DNA of 64,000 nucleotides, from positions 1,178,001 through 1,242,000 of the forward strand of contig NC_090602.1 in assembly GCF_000497125.1 (NCBI RefSeq). Reading direction: 5' to 3'. Source of the DNA: Spironucleus salmonicida (Eukaryota). Positions 12,043-25,700 of the stretch are shown one piece after another. Within the stretch, counting starts at the first letter, position 1. Every line of letters begins with the position of its first letter. The notes below the pieces were generated by a model. It was not told the origin of the DNA, made no database searches, and saw nothing but the letters and a program-made list of their open reading frames with translations. The position numbers and the translations under genes are program-made.

Positions 12043-13779
12043 ATGTAAAACACCCTGGTCCGCAGATTTATCGTAGCGCCCTCTTTCGAGATTTACGGCG
12101 GCGTAGCCGGCCTCTTCGACCTCGGTCCTGTAGGCTGCCAGCTGCGTCACAATATTATTGACCTCTGGCGCAATATGTTCGTTGTTGAGGATGACCTTTT
12201 TGAGATTCAGTGCACGAATTTGGTGCCTGAGGTGGTACTTAAGGCGTCCGGACACATCGCAAAATTCGCAGATTTGATGGTCAAAGACAGTAAGACTGGC
12301 GAGTGCTTCCGTGCTGATAAAATTATCGAGCAGTTTTTGGAAAAGTTGGCTGAGGCAGAAAAGAATGAGGAGGCTAAAAATAAAATTCAAATTGACATCA
12401 ATTCAGCGGACGGGCTGAATATTCAGGACACCGCCGCATTGATCGCTAAGTACAACATTGTTTCGGAGCGCGGAAATCCCCTTTCTGAGCCTTTCCCGTT
12501 CAATTTGATGTTTGCAACGTCAATAGGCCCCGACGGCCGCGCACCAGCGTATCTACGCCCAGAAACCGCCCAGGGTATTTTCATGAACTTTAAGAGAGGC
12601 CTGGAGCAGTCGCGTTCTCTTCCATTTGGAATCGCTCAAATCGGGTCTGCGTTCAGGAACGAAATTGCGCCCCGCGGTGGACTTCTGCGCGTCAGAGAAT
12701 TCGAATAAGCTGAAATCGAATATTTCATTTAGAACAGAGAGGCAGGTCATCCTCATTATAAGGAAATTGAGGATGTTAGCTGTAACTTCTTCACCTCAGA
12801 TGCTTAGTTAGCTGGCACTCAGCCAGTGGTTTTGACCATTAAAGAAGCTGTAACACAAAAAGTCCTTGCCCATGAATCTTTAGCTTATTATATAGCTAGA
12901 ATTTACATGTTTTTGACAAGGCTGGGACTTGATTCTCAGAAATTGAGATTTAGACAACATATGCCTAAATAGCTAGCTCATTATGCTAAAGATTGCTGGG
13001 ATTGCGATTGCTTGCTTAATTCTGGTTGGACTGAAATAGTTGGTGTCGCTGATCGCTCCGCCTTTGATTTAGAAGTTCATTCTAAGGCATCTGGATAAGA
13101 TTTAAGTGCTTTTATCTAGTATGACACCCCTGTGGAAGTTGAGTAAGCTAAATGTAAGGCAGTTATGAAATTTATAGCTAAAGCACATAAATAAAACGCA
13201 CAGGGAATCAAAAAATATCTCGAGGAATCTGATATGAATGTTATTTTACAGATAAAAACTGAGCTTGAGAATAATTAAAAAACGATCGTTTAGGGCTGTG
13301 AAATTACACCTGAGATGTGCGAATTTACTGTTGGAAAATGCATGAAATACGGTGAAAATGTTATTCCTATTGTTATTGAACCATCAATTGGTATAGGCCG
13401 TGTCTTACATTGTATTTTAGAGCATACTTTTTATTAGAGAGATGAATAACGCACTTCGTTCAAATTCCCAATTGCTATTTCCCCAATCAAGCTTGGGATA
13501 ACAACTTTATAAAACGATGATAGAATTAATCCAATTGCCTAAAAATTAGTTAGAGAATGTAGGAAAGCAGGAATCATGTGTAAATAAGATGATTCAGCTG
13601 TTGCTATAGGTAAGAAATATGCTAGATTTGACGAAATAGGTGTTAGCTATGTAGCTACTATTGATTTTGACACCTTAGAAGATAAAAAAGTTACTATAAG
13701 AGAAAGAGACTCTATGCAGTAAGAAAGAGTTAACCTTGACTAGCTCATTTAAACTTTACTGAATAAGATCAAAGAATGA
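12043..13779 (+). CDS. GARS: Glycyl-tRNA synthetase, eukaryotic/archaeal type (578 aa)
   Basis: [78 protein letters not shown]. Confidence 0.97.
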
Positions 13780-13790
13780 TTTCATATAAA

Positions 13791-14396
13791 TCACTGAGAA
13801 TCTAATTCTTACCTAAAATTCTGTAACACAAAATGAGTAATGTGTAGAATATTAGTCACAGACTATTAATACTCATGCTCCATGAATATATTAAATATAC
13901 AAGGCCAGTTTTAAGGTGATTCTTATATCTTAATAAGCTCAAAAAGAACAGAAATATATTAGCCCTATATCTGGTAATTTATACATGAAATATTCTTGAG
14001 ATACAAATAGTCTTCATAACACTACTCATGCTAAGAATCAAATAGTTTGTTAAAGCTTTTCATTTATTCAGAACAATTTGATAGTGTCAATAATTCTTAT
14101 AAATCTTTCCTTGTGCAATAGGCAATCTAAATTTTATTCTTAAATTTTTATAAGTGGGATCTTATTTAAATTTTGGATTTCGTAGTCAGTAGATTAAAAT
14201 TTTCATTCTATATTAATATTTAAATTAGAATATCATGTTCTTCCTGGGACCAAAATCTTGATTATTATTTTGCTTTATATAGTGATGTTTTAATATTAGA
14301 TAGCACAGATTTTAGTTCTATTAAGGACTATTAGTATAAATAATCTTCAGAGTCTTCTTAAATTGTATCAAGAATTGATAAAGATATGAAGTCCAT
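13791..14396 (-). CDS. Single-repeat Myb-like (SHAQKYF-class) DNA-binding protein (201 aa)
   Basis: FWSQEEHDILI...TKSKIQIRSHLQKF; ends CAG TGA. Confidence 0.75.
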
Positions 14397-15187
14397 TATA
14401 ATTTTAATAACTACTTAATTTGATATATATGTTATCAAATTATGTCTATCATTTAAAAAAGTTTTTATAATCTTTTTACTTATTAATTTTATTTTTATAA
14501 TACTTTGATAATAAAATGATATTTTCTATTTTATATATATTAAAAATTATTTGCTAATGAGTTGTAAAAAACTGTTTCTTAGAAAGAATATTTATATTAT
14601 ATGATTTTGAGATTACGTGATATTATATAGTGGCATGGTAAATTTTCAATAAATAAGAGTATTGGTCGTCAAATTAATTTCTATATATTTATATATTATT
14701 TATAATTTCATAACTGATCATGATTGAGTTAATCTTTTTCCTAATAAACATAATATATAATATATATTATTTATTTTTGTAATTAATAAATGACAAAATC
14801 ATCAATATCATTATATAAGATTTATTTCTTATTTAAAAAAACGTTTCTGTAATCATTGTAATCTACAATTTTCATTGTTTTACCATTTTAATAATGATAA
14901 ACATTGTTATCGCCTTCTTTTCAAGTAAAATAATATATCTAAAAATTTATGAGAATACAAAAGTTTTGCGGTATATCTATGATTAGAGAAAATATTAAAT
15001 AACATATATAATATTTTATCATTCATAAATTAATTTTGACTTTAAAACTATTCTTATCAATATTTCCTAGGACACATAACACGTATTTTAGTACAAAAAA
15101 TTATATTATGCAAGAATTATTATAATTAATAATTACTTGTATCTCTGTAATATTTGAAAATATATAAGTAAAGTTATTATTAATCAA

Positions 15188-16111
15188 TCAGAATAGACTA
15201 ATTAGTTTTAACTAATTTGCTGCTACACAACTTATCCACTTACCATCCCCTGCTCCCCAACAACAACTTTCAATTTCGCAGTCAAGTTTCACTCCTAAAA
15301 AAGGCTTACTTAATTAAAAATCTTCATATATAAAGAGGTTTCCATCAGCTCCTGATGAAAGAAAAGCATTATTTATAGTTTTACTTGCACTTAGTCCAGT
15401 AACTTAATTCTTATGATTTTTACCTTACATAACAGATGAAGGCATCCGTCTATCAACAGAATAAATCATCTAAGATTGATTTTATATATACAAGATCATA
15501 TGGCTTTAGCAAGTTTCAACTTGTAATATATCTTGTTCTGTTTTCTTAAGTAGTGCCGGAGAAGGTGTTCTTAAATCCCATAAATACACACCATCTGCGC
15601 CTCCAACCAAAATTTCGTCTTTTGCAGAAAATATACCTTTATAACAACCAGGAATTTTAACCTATTATACTTATTTCTATTCAACAATATCAAAAATTGT
15701 TAGGTTTTCACTGCTTGATGAAGAAAATACTTTTGATAAATCAAATTTATTAAATTTTGCAGAAATGATAGGATATATATCATCAATTGATTAACTAATA
15801 ACTCCCTTTAATTAAATTTTCTGATCTTTTATTTCGAATAAACGTATTGAGTCTGAAGATGCTAATAATAGATCTGTATTTGTTAAAGAGGCTGAAGGTA
15901 AAAAATCTAATTCTGATTGAGGAAAATGGGTAGGATACTAATCAATTGTGTAAAAATTACTGCTAATTTTATCAAATGTAACGATCTATATGAAATTAAG
16001 GGAATCTAAAGAAAGCGAGGAGATAGCTAAAGTTAACTACTAGTTTTCTCGCCATGAAAATGTGTGTGAATATAGTGGCATTGGTGATTAGTAAGAATAA
16101 CATAGAGCCAT
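15188..16111 (-). CDS. DCAF7: WD40 protein, DCAF7/WDR68/AN11-like (307 aa)
   Basis: YQSPMPLYSHTFS...LAISS, DLLLASSDSIRLF, GADGVYLWDLR, DRRMPS, SGADGNLFIY. Confidence 0.7.
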
Positions 16112-16224
16112 TTCTCTGTTTTCAATTAACTATGTTATTAAAATATTATATATAAAATAATAATATAAATATTTTATTGCTTTATTCCTTTCAACAAGGT
16201 CTACAATTCGTTCTATTATTGTAG

Positions 16225-16506
16225 ATGCCATTCACAATGAAATTACATTTTTTAACACTAGATTTAGAAGATATATATGACTAATTAGGTAAAATAGATA
16301 GCTTAATAGTAGTAAAATTTCCAAAATAGAACTTAGTATCTGTTTCTTGTTTTAACAAACTATTTCAAAGACAATTGTTGTCATTGCTGCATATCTATTA
16401 GAAAAAGTGTATTATTACATCATTATAAATATTCAATAATCATGATGACTTTAAAAGGTTGTGCAAAGAAATGTAAATAAATTTAAAAATTACATTAAAT
16501 GACTGA
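16225..16506 (+). CDS. Small hypothetical protein (93 aa)
   Basis: ATG to TGA open frame only; no motif recognised. Confidence 0.3.
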
Positions 16507-16799
16507 GTTATAAATTATTTGTAGCGCTTTTCCAATGGATAGTATGAAATGTATATACGTTTATTAAATTACTATTATATTATAACTAATTATAAAATAG
16601 CTCTAAAAGTTTATTCTAATCTATCATTCATATCGATATGAAAATTGCAGTAATCTACAATTAATAATATATAATATCGACTTCTTAAAAATGATATATT
16701 ATTATATATTATATAGATATATAATATTAATTTTTCATTCTTGTTAATAAATAAAATATTATATAAAATATTATATATTAAAAAATTATTCCTCATTAA

Positions 16800-17114
16800 A
16801 TGTTAATTGTAGTATTTATTAATCCAGATACAAAAATTAAATATTATATGACTATACCAGTTCCATCATTTAACTATAGGCTTCTTTATGATTAAATCAC
16901 AAAAAGAGTATATTTAGATTCAAAATTTCATATTGTTACATAATTTCAATTTAGATTTAATGGAATATTTTGTAGTAGCTAAGATCAGGATATTGATAGA
17001 TCAACAACCATTACAGAAGAAGAGGCCATAAGTTTTATCAAAAAGAATAAGATTACTTTTTTATATTTATTTGAATAGTCTCATTTTTAAAATGAAGATT
17101 ATGACTATGAGTGA
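16800..17114 (+). CDS. Small protein (104 aa), PB1/ubiquitin-fold candidate, paralog of 18073-18381
   Basis: MLIVVFINPDTK...LYLFE...DYE*; visibly similar to the neighbour; ends GAG TGA. Confidence 0.65.
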
Positions 17115-17388
17115 ATTTAGATGAGTTAATTAACAGTATATTCTCCTTTATATAGTAAGTATGCAAATATGTTAATAGTGTGTTTTACGTTTACTAGTGA
17201 GCATGAATAGTTATAATACTTAACAATATGCAGGACACTCGAAAATAATATAAATTAAGTTAGTTTATAACTATATATTTAATGACTATAACCCAAATCA
17301 TGCTTATCTTAAAAATTAATGAAATTACATTAAGATAGAAAACATATTTAATTTTAAATATTATATACAATATACATTATTTTTATTA

Positions 17389-17712
17389 ATGGACTTAGTA
17401 TAAGATCATTACAATAGTGTAATGATGTAAATAGGTTAAACTGAATAAAAGATAAATGAACTAAAGAATAGTATTAAGGAACTAGAGGAAACATAAAAAT
17501 TGTAACAAAACATTATGTCATGCTAGTAATAACATATTGAGTAAATTGAACAAAAGTGTTAACGGTTAGAAAAGGTATTAGCACCTAATAGTAAATTAAA
17601 TATCAACTTAGAGTAAATGGAGCGAAAAGTTGTAGCATAGCAATAAGTATTAAAAGATTATTATGGATTTTATAAAATGTTTGTCAACATGAATGATATA
17701 AAAATATAGTGA
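17389..17712 (+). CDS. Small coiled-coil protein (107 aa)
   Basis: Q/E/K-rich heptads; ends TAG TGA. Confidence 0.6.
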
Positions 17713-18072
17713 TTTTACGTATAGAGTTATATTGTAGTACATTAAGATGAAACCTAAGAAAAACAAGCTAAGTATATATTATCTGATTTTCATATTTTAT
17801 TGCTAAACTTAGTGTATTATAAATACTTACTATTTAATAAATATTACAATTATTATACCTATAATGTTCAGTCTATATTATTAGTAACTTTTACACTAGT
17901 ATTATTAGCTATTTAGATTACTTATACTTATTTTGAATTAAAAGAATACTAAATATTTTTATAAGCTTTAAATTTACATATTATTTACTAAAATGTGTAT
18001 AAATAAATTTTCTTTAAATTATTATTCTACATTTGTAGATCATTACTAAGGTAAAATATACTAACACTTTTT

Positions 18073-18381
18073 ATGATTGTTGTCATTTTAGTCAACCCAG
18101 ATTCAAAGCAACGAATCTATATGGTTATTTAACAAAAATTCAAAAATTTATAAGCCTTATAGGATGTTATTAAACGAAAACTTTTTTCAGAAAAATAATA
18201 TAAATCTTTGTACTATTCATTTCATAGACTATATGCGTAATCTGTTCATGATAAGGAATAACATGGATATCTAGAAATTCATTAAACTGACTAAGAAGTC
18301 TTGTCCTTGCTTAATACCTATGATCGACCTATATTATATATGTTTGAACCTGGTTCTACTTCTTTTGATGATTATGAATGA
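18073..18381 (+). CDS. Small protein (102 aa), PB1/ubiquitin-fold candidate, paralog of 16800-17114
   Basis: MIVVILVNPDSK...LYMFE...DYE*. Confidence 0.65.
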
Positions 18382-18785
18382 TACATGCTAAAATAATGAG
18401 ATATGTTAACATAATATCCTTTTAATCTAAAAATATTTTTAAAAACTATACTGAACTATAAAGATACTTAATTTCACTATAATTATGTACCAACATTAGT
18501 GATCTGATATCAAACTGAGGTTACAATATACTTATATTTTATATAAATATTTTATACTTTCATTTTATAAAACATGTAGTTTAATAAATATTAAATAATA
18601 TTTATCTAATTATTAAATATGAGCTTCATATGAACATGGGAAAAACTAAGGTTCTAAATAAATTATTATAAAAGTCATAATTTAAGATAACAACAGTATA
18701 TTTATTAAGCTGATAATTAAGTAAATAAATAAGTAATTATATAGTTTATAGATAATGTAGAGAAATTGTAGATATATCAAACAAA

Positions 18786-20540
18786 ATGAACGATAAAATA
18801 ATAGAAATATGTAATCTAGCTAACATTATGTTAGCAGTTATTTGTTTCAATGAGTTCCACTAGTATACTATAAATTATTCATAAATGTATGATAATGTTT
18901 CTTTATAAGAATTTTTTATTAATAATATTTTAGTATTTAGTATCTTTTCAACAATGTGTTGTTAAGTTTTAGAGATACTAGGAATTTTAGATTTCAATGA
19001 CTTAAAAGCCTAAATTTTTTGCTACTATATATGTTTTATTGTTTATGATAAAAACAAAATACTAACTTTAGTATTAACAAAATTGTAACAAGAAATATAC
19101 GATATAGTCAATATCACTTTAAAAAAATAAAATCGTTATGATATTTTTACAATAAATAATCTTATAAATTTGATACTAGTATTGTTGTATTTAATCATAC
19201 CCTATGACTTTTTCATCACATTTTTCTATTTACTAACTTTCAACTTTACAATATAGTCTTTATGTAATTTTAATATGATACATTTCATTTAATTATATAA
19301 AATTTATTAGTTTTATCCTCAGTTAAGCTGTTAATCATTAGCCTGTCACTTATCTAGTAATATATTAATTGAATTCTTTTAAGTATTTAGAATTTCAGAA
19401 AACATTTTAACAACTAGTAAATTAGACTATTTTATAATTAAAATATTCCAGCAAGATACTTAAATTTCTTAATTGATAAATGAGGAATAAACTCGTATAC
19501 TTAAATTATATAATGAAGCATAAGAAGCAAATAAATAATTTGAGGATCTTATCAATAGTAAATTTTATTGTAAACAATAATTTTTTTTGCAAAAATAGAA
19601 GCTAGGTCGTAAGCTGTTTAATATTTTAATATAAACTGACTTAAAAAAGCAGTTTATATTAAAATTATATAATAGTATCAATTAAGCTTTTAGCTTAGAT
19701 TTAACATTATATCATCATTCTATACCTATAGTATAATAAAAAATTAAAAGAATCTCAAGTTATGAATTAGCTGCATCTTTAATTTAAAGGAAATAATCTA
19801 AAATAAAAGATGTCTTAGTAGAATATTTTGAATTTGATTTTCTTAACGAGGATGCACTTAAATATTTTTGGTTTATTCACTCTTTTATTTAAGATTTAGA
19901 TAGCACACTATAAATATCACTAGAAAAACCACTCTTATAAGCAAAAATATATAAATTATTTGATAAATCAACGATAATAGATAAAAAATAAATAAAATTC
20001 ATACAAATCGGATAAACAAATGCATTCATTACTCCTTAATTGTATAAAAATTATGTATGTATTAGATTTATAGGAACTACTATTGAGACATTTATTGCCG
20101 ATGTGTATTAAAAAAATTAACTAGAAGACTAATTGCTTGATACAATAACTGATATTTCACTTAAAAAATTAATTTAGCATGACTATAACTAAATTCACTC
20201 AGAATAACTAAATTTATTCTTAGATATTTTACTAAAGCTTGAGATTATTGTAGTATATAATACAAATGTATGTTAAATATATATTCCGTAAAGAAAAAAA
20301 CCAGAAATTCGATCATTCATTTATAATTGTAAGTTAAAAAGTCATATTATTGATTCTAATAATTAAGTATTAATATATAAGTTTTTTATAAGGCACCAAA
20401 ATCCATTTTCTAATACATATGTAGAATTTTATGAAAATAATGTATGTATTAACAATGATAAAATCTAGATTAAAGAAATAAAGTATTTAAGCATTTTAAG
20501 CTTATTAAAATGTTATTCTAATTATATTAACTTGATTTGA
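18786..20540 (+). CDS. Hypothetical protein with N-terminal hydrophobic segments (~584 aa, start uncertain)
   Basis: Long frame without TGA; several putative TM stretches in the first ~170 aa. Confidence 0.5.
19623..19665. repeat. Perfect 16-bp inverted repeat with 11-nt spacer
   Basis: ATTTTAATATAAACTG (19623-19638) and CAGTTTATATTAAAAT (19650-19665). Confidence 0.85.
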
Positions 20541-20542
20541 TA

Positions 20543-21073
20543 TCATTCATCGATTAAATAATTATCTGATGTATGTTTTTATAATATTTAATCGACAATA
20601 TAACCATTATTGGAATATTCTAAATCAATATCTTCCATAATTGGTTAGTATTCAACATATTTTCTTAAATATTTATTTTATTTTGATGGGGTATATGTTT
20701 CAGCAAATTATATTTGTCTGGAATTAAAAATTTTAGTTTATTCTTAAGGTTGTGATACTTTTATTTACTTAGAACGAAATTTAGTCTAAATAAATGACGG
20801 AAGTTTTTTAAGTGATTACTCTGGATATTCTACTTATTTCTATTTTATACAAACTTTTGGTATTTCCTCAATTTTTACTGCATCTAAATACACCTATTCT
20901 TCAATTTATCTAATTTTAGAACGATCTACATCCTAAATTGTAGGTCTTTTCACATATGTATAAGGAACATACTATTAATAATTATTAAGATTCTTACCTA
21001 ATTGAGCATCCTTCATATGATTTTTAAATTTTACTCCATGTGCATTTATTAAAGATATTGTTTAAGAGTACAT
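20543..21073 (-). CDS. Hypothetical protein (176 aa)
   Basis: MYSQTISLINAHG...NYLIDE*; ATG and TGA share a frame. Confidence 0.55.
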
Positions 21074-21216
21074 TTTGAAAGTTAAATTATAATTATTTTA
21101 TCAAAATATTAGAGTAAATATTTTTAATATATTAAGTTTAATCTTATATATTCATATATATAAAATATTATGTACTAATAGTTATTTATATATAATAATA
21201 TAAAACTATTGTTAAA

Positions 21217-22473
21217 ATGGAAGAGAATTAAGTAACATTTATGTAGAACAAATATGATGAAAATTCTACATATGAAAATTAATCAAAATATTGGTTCTTA
21301 TAAATCAATCCTGGAGAGAATTATTATTCACAGTATGCATCTATGAAAGAAGTATCATATGATTCTTTTCTTTAATATTAGTGTATGAAATTTTATACTG
21401 ATGGTGGAGCAACATCTTCATCAGGTGGACCTGGAGGTTATGGGGTAATTGGTGTCGAGAGTGGCTTTAAAAAGTTAGAATTTAATCAAAGTTTTAAGAG
21501 CACAACCAATAATAGGATGGAGTTAATGGCCATTTTATGTGTAGTTAAATCATACAATAAAGATATTTATATAGCAACTGATTCATGTTATTCGATTGGA
21601 TGTCTCACCAAATTTCATTTTGGTTGGTTTAAAGATAAAAGTTAAAAAAATAAAATAATTTCTAATTATGATTAAGTATCAAAAGAATTAAAAAATAAAG
21701 ATTTACTCTTTTAAATTTTGTATTATGCTTAAAATAAATGTGTTAGGTTATGTCATGTTAAAGGACATAGTGGTGATAAATTTAATGAGATGGTAGATAA
21801 GCTAACATGGATAGGACGAGATACTGGTGATATTGATGTGCCATATTTGACTTCAATAAAAGTTTAGCATCAAATACAAAAATCTAACAACCAAATTAGT
21901 GATATAAGTTAAACTATAGCCAAACGATAAATTTTAGAGAAATTTCATTAGTTTACCTTCCATATTAATGATATTAGTTTCATAAATTATAATGTATGCA
22001 ATTTTGATACTAAAATGGTTTAATATTAGGAATTTTAGAATATGAAAGGGAAAAAGTATTTTATTAATGGGCATTATAAATCATCTAAAGGTGGATTAGG
22101 CTTAATATAGATTTAGGATGGAATTATTACTGAGCTTTTTTCATAGGGGTTTTAATAATCAACTAGTAATAGAATGGTTTTAATTGGTATGATTGTAGCA
22201 TTATAAACATTGCAAAATGATGAATAGTTTATTGTTGCTAGCTCAGTGAAATACCCTCTTGATTGTTTTACCTAATGGTTAGGAGGATGGCTATAAAAAG
22301 ATTTTAATGGTATTGCAAATGTGGAATTAATAAAATAAAATTTATGTTTAATGATGGGCAGAAAATGTACTTTTGCACATGTAAAATCATCACTTAAAGA
22401 TGAATATACTATTTAGTCATTGAAACTGGCCAGTTAAGTATTTAATACTTATACCAAAGATAATAACAAATGA
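21217..22473 (+). CDS. rnhA: Ribonuclease HI with two tandem RNase H domains (418 aa), second domain degenerate
   Basis: Domain 1: YTDGG, TTNNRMEL, ATDSCY, KNKDL, HVKGHSG, NEMVD. Domain 2: FINGH, STSNRMVL, ASSVKY, ANVEL, HVKS. In-frame upstream ATG at 21217. Confidence 0.88.
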
Positions 22474-22709
22474 TGTTGTATTTTGTATATACTATAAAAA
22501 ACATCAAATAACTTCGTTATTACATAATATTATCAAATTTCATACAGTATATTATTCTAATAAATGACCTTTTTAACCAATAACTTCTTTTATTCTAATT
22601 TATAATTTTATATAACATCTACCAAGAAATTGATTAAATTCCGTTTTAAAATATATTTATATACCATTATTATATAATATATCTAATAATTAATACGACG
22701 CCTAAATTT

Positions 22710-25700
22710 ATGCAATTCGAAACGTACAAATAAGCCATTACTCCAACTCTATTTTCAGACTTGCAAGAACTTAAAACTCAAATTTCAACTGGTGTGTTAC
22801 CAGAGGAAGAATTTTTAACTCATTTACATTAGATAGCTTTGATGCGCACATCCTCAGAAACAGATAAAATTGCTTCTTTTGCTCCACACCTAGCACGCCA
22901 ACTGGGTCAAAATGAATATCCACCAAGACCTGTATCTGCCGCTCAAAAAGGAGCCAAAGCACCCTAAATAACACCTAAAGAGACTTTTAATTTTAACCCT
23001 AAAAATAATATCTTGGAACACGAAATTAATGCTCAAAGTGCTCTTTCATAGACATTTGCTGCTGCACGTGTTTATTAAGCATGTGCATACGTTCACTGTG
23101 CCAGCGAGAAGGGGTTGTAGGTTTCTTAAGAGTTGCTTGAAATCGGATTTAGAGGCGGAAGCGTTGTTTGGAGCGATTTTCAGATAATATGTAACCTTCA
23201 GGTTTAAAGCATTTAACGATTAATTTTGAGACTTTTGGATAGCATTGGACACGGTGATAATAGTTTGTGGCTTGTTGCTCTTGAACGGGCGGAGAGCTTT
23301 CAATCCAAAAAACGGCCTAGCGACACAATCAAGCACATTGTAGACTATAATTTATGCTAGAGCTACGGGCATAGTTTTAACTGTTTTTCTGTATTTTTAG
23401 CAGAGTTTATTTATCTATGGAAAAACTGCAAAGATAAGTCTGACATGTAGAGTTGCTTGTTAAATTTGGGCCTTAAGATGTCATAGGGATTGTATATGAG
23501 TGCTTTATGCGCCAGTTCAGTTGGATTTTTCATAAGCGAGCATTTTGTTAATATTTTGTAGGAGTTCTTTTTAATATATATGGAAGAATTAAGTAAAATT
23601 ATTACCGAATACGAAGAATAAGTTACGGGTCTTTAAATTATCGGCACTTGCATATCTTAAGGTGTTGAGCCAACGGAATAAGCCTTACTAAAATCAAATT
23701 AAATTCTTGGATTAAAGTTATTACCATAGTCAACAGAATATATATCAACATTTTATTAAAAACTATAGTAGAAAATTTAAATTAGAGTTATAGGTATCAT
23801 TTAAGTTGCGCTTAAACTTTAACTAATTATTTAAAGATTTAACTCATTAAGTATCCTTTAATCAGAAGAATAAGAATGTTTTAAGTATATAACAGAATCA
23901 TAAGGATCATTGTCAATAGATTTTTAAATAGCTGCGGAGTCAATTAATTTTATTGAATCATAGCCTAAGCGATTTGTTAAAGCTGATGAAAATTTAGGAT
24001 TTTTAGAGACATTTTCAACTATACCTTATTAGGTAAAGCTCACTACTTTTGAATCTACAGATTTTGATTATTTAGTTCTGAAAAAATTTATTAAATCTCC
24101 AACATTATTTTTAGATAATTTAAAGATAATAAGCAGTTTATATGCAGTATTGGAACGCACTCAGAATCAAATATTAAGCAAAGCCTAAATATTTAGAGTA
24201 GATGTTTAAGGATAGCAGCTAACATTTATGCCTTAATTAACTTTGATCTTTGAATAGTTGTATACTATTTACTTGTTATCAACATAATAAACTGATCCTA
24301 AAGGTGCTAAACAGCCAGATAAAGGGAAAGCCCTTGACTAAACGTAAACAGTTTAACAAGGTTAGTTTTTAAGTAATGTAATAGAACAGTTAGTAGTGCC
24401 AGAATCAGCAATGATGTCTACAGCAAATTTTTAACCTATTTAAGCATATCCATAGTTGTAGATTATTGGTTAAATTTCTTATATATAATTTTTACTGAAA
24501 TTTAAAGTTTTCCTAAATACTGATTTAAAGGGGAAAATATATTAGTCTATGATAAATTAGATAATAGAAATGATAAAATAATTAAAATGGCAATTTTAGG
24601 AGGTAAACTAGAAGTAAAAGAATCAAGTAGATTTACCATAAACCGCAGATACATTAATATAGCAATCGTCAGTACCAGTAACATTAAATTTGGTATTTTT
24701 ATTATCTACTTTTTTATGTTAGTTCTAATTTTAATTACATACATTAAAATAGAGTCAATAATTAGTTTTAACATCATAGGTTAGTAACCTTAATTTAATT
24801 TTTGATTTTATTAAATAAGATTCTTCATATAGATTTAATTGTGATGATCTTTATATAGAACGTTGTGATTCTTACATATAGATATTTAAATTTATTGCAA
24901 ATATAACTCAAGAACCTACAATGCTTAATGATTAATTAAGATTAATTTTAGAATAAATTAATTCATCGTATAAAAATTTAAATTAAAAAAGTTATTCTAA
25001 CGAATTTACTTCCAGAATATAACTAGAGATTACGAATTTAATAATAAAAATCATTAACTTATCTTCAAAATATTTTAAAACTGAAGTTAGCTAGTAGCTA
25101 ATAGATTTTTATAGTATTGACAGTACTTTTTCCTTTGTAGCTCCATAGTCTACTATTTCTTATACTACTGTAAGAGAAAAACTTCTTGCTTAAAGCCTAG
25201 AAAAATCCATTCTTCGATAAGCCACGATCTAAGCACAGTCTTCTGGCTCTTAGAAAAGGAAGCAGTAACCCACAACAATGACTCCTTATAATGTTTGGAG
25301 AGGTTAATTTATTCATTTATTAATATAAAATTTAGTTAAATAAAATTATCACCAACATGTTTTTGATATTATGTTTACATCAAAGGATCGTACATTTATT
25401 TACGCTTCATTGGAACTATTATAATATGGAATTTATTCATTGCTGTAGCTTCAAAAATATGACTCGATTATCGAGCTTTTTAACTGCACAATATTACAGG
25501 AAACTAATTACTATATTCTTTCAAAATTCACATTAAACCTACTTTTCGCAATAAACCAGAGCCTTTAGGAGAAGTAAGTTAACTACTGTATTGAATTTAT
25601 AATCCAGCAAGTCCAAGAGAAATTAGTAGAGACACCATAGAAAGATATGACTTAATTTATCGCATAGATGCATATTTTATATTCATATCAGATCAAGGAC

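Noticed and set aside
18630-18785. Upstream ATG 18630 in frame with the 18786 ORF but interrupted by TGA at 18711 (intron or selenocysteine?)
   Set aside because: No GTATGT/ACTAAC-YAG intron signals, no redox motif and no SECIS seen
21217-22473. RNase H as a retrotransposon remnant
   Set aside because: No reverse transcriptase, integrase, gag or LTRs nearby; motifs are of cellular bacterial RNase HI type
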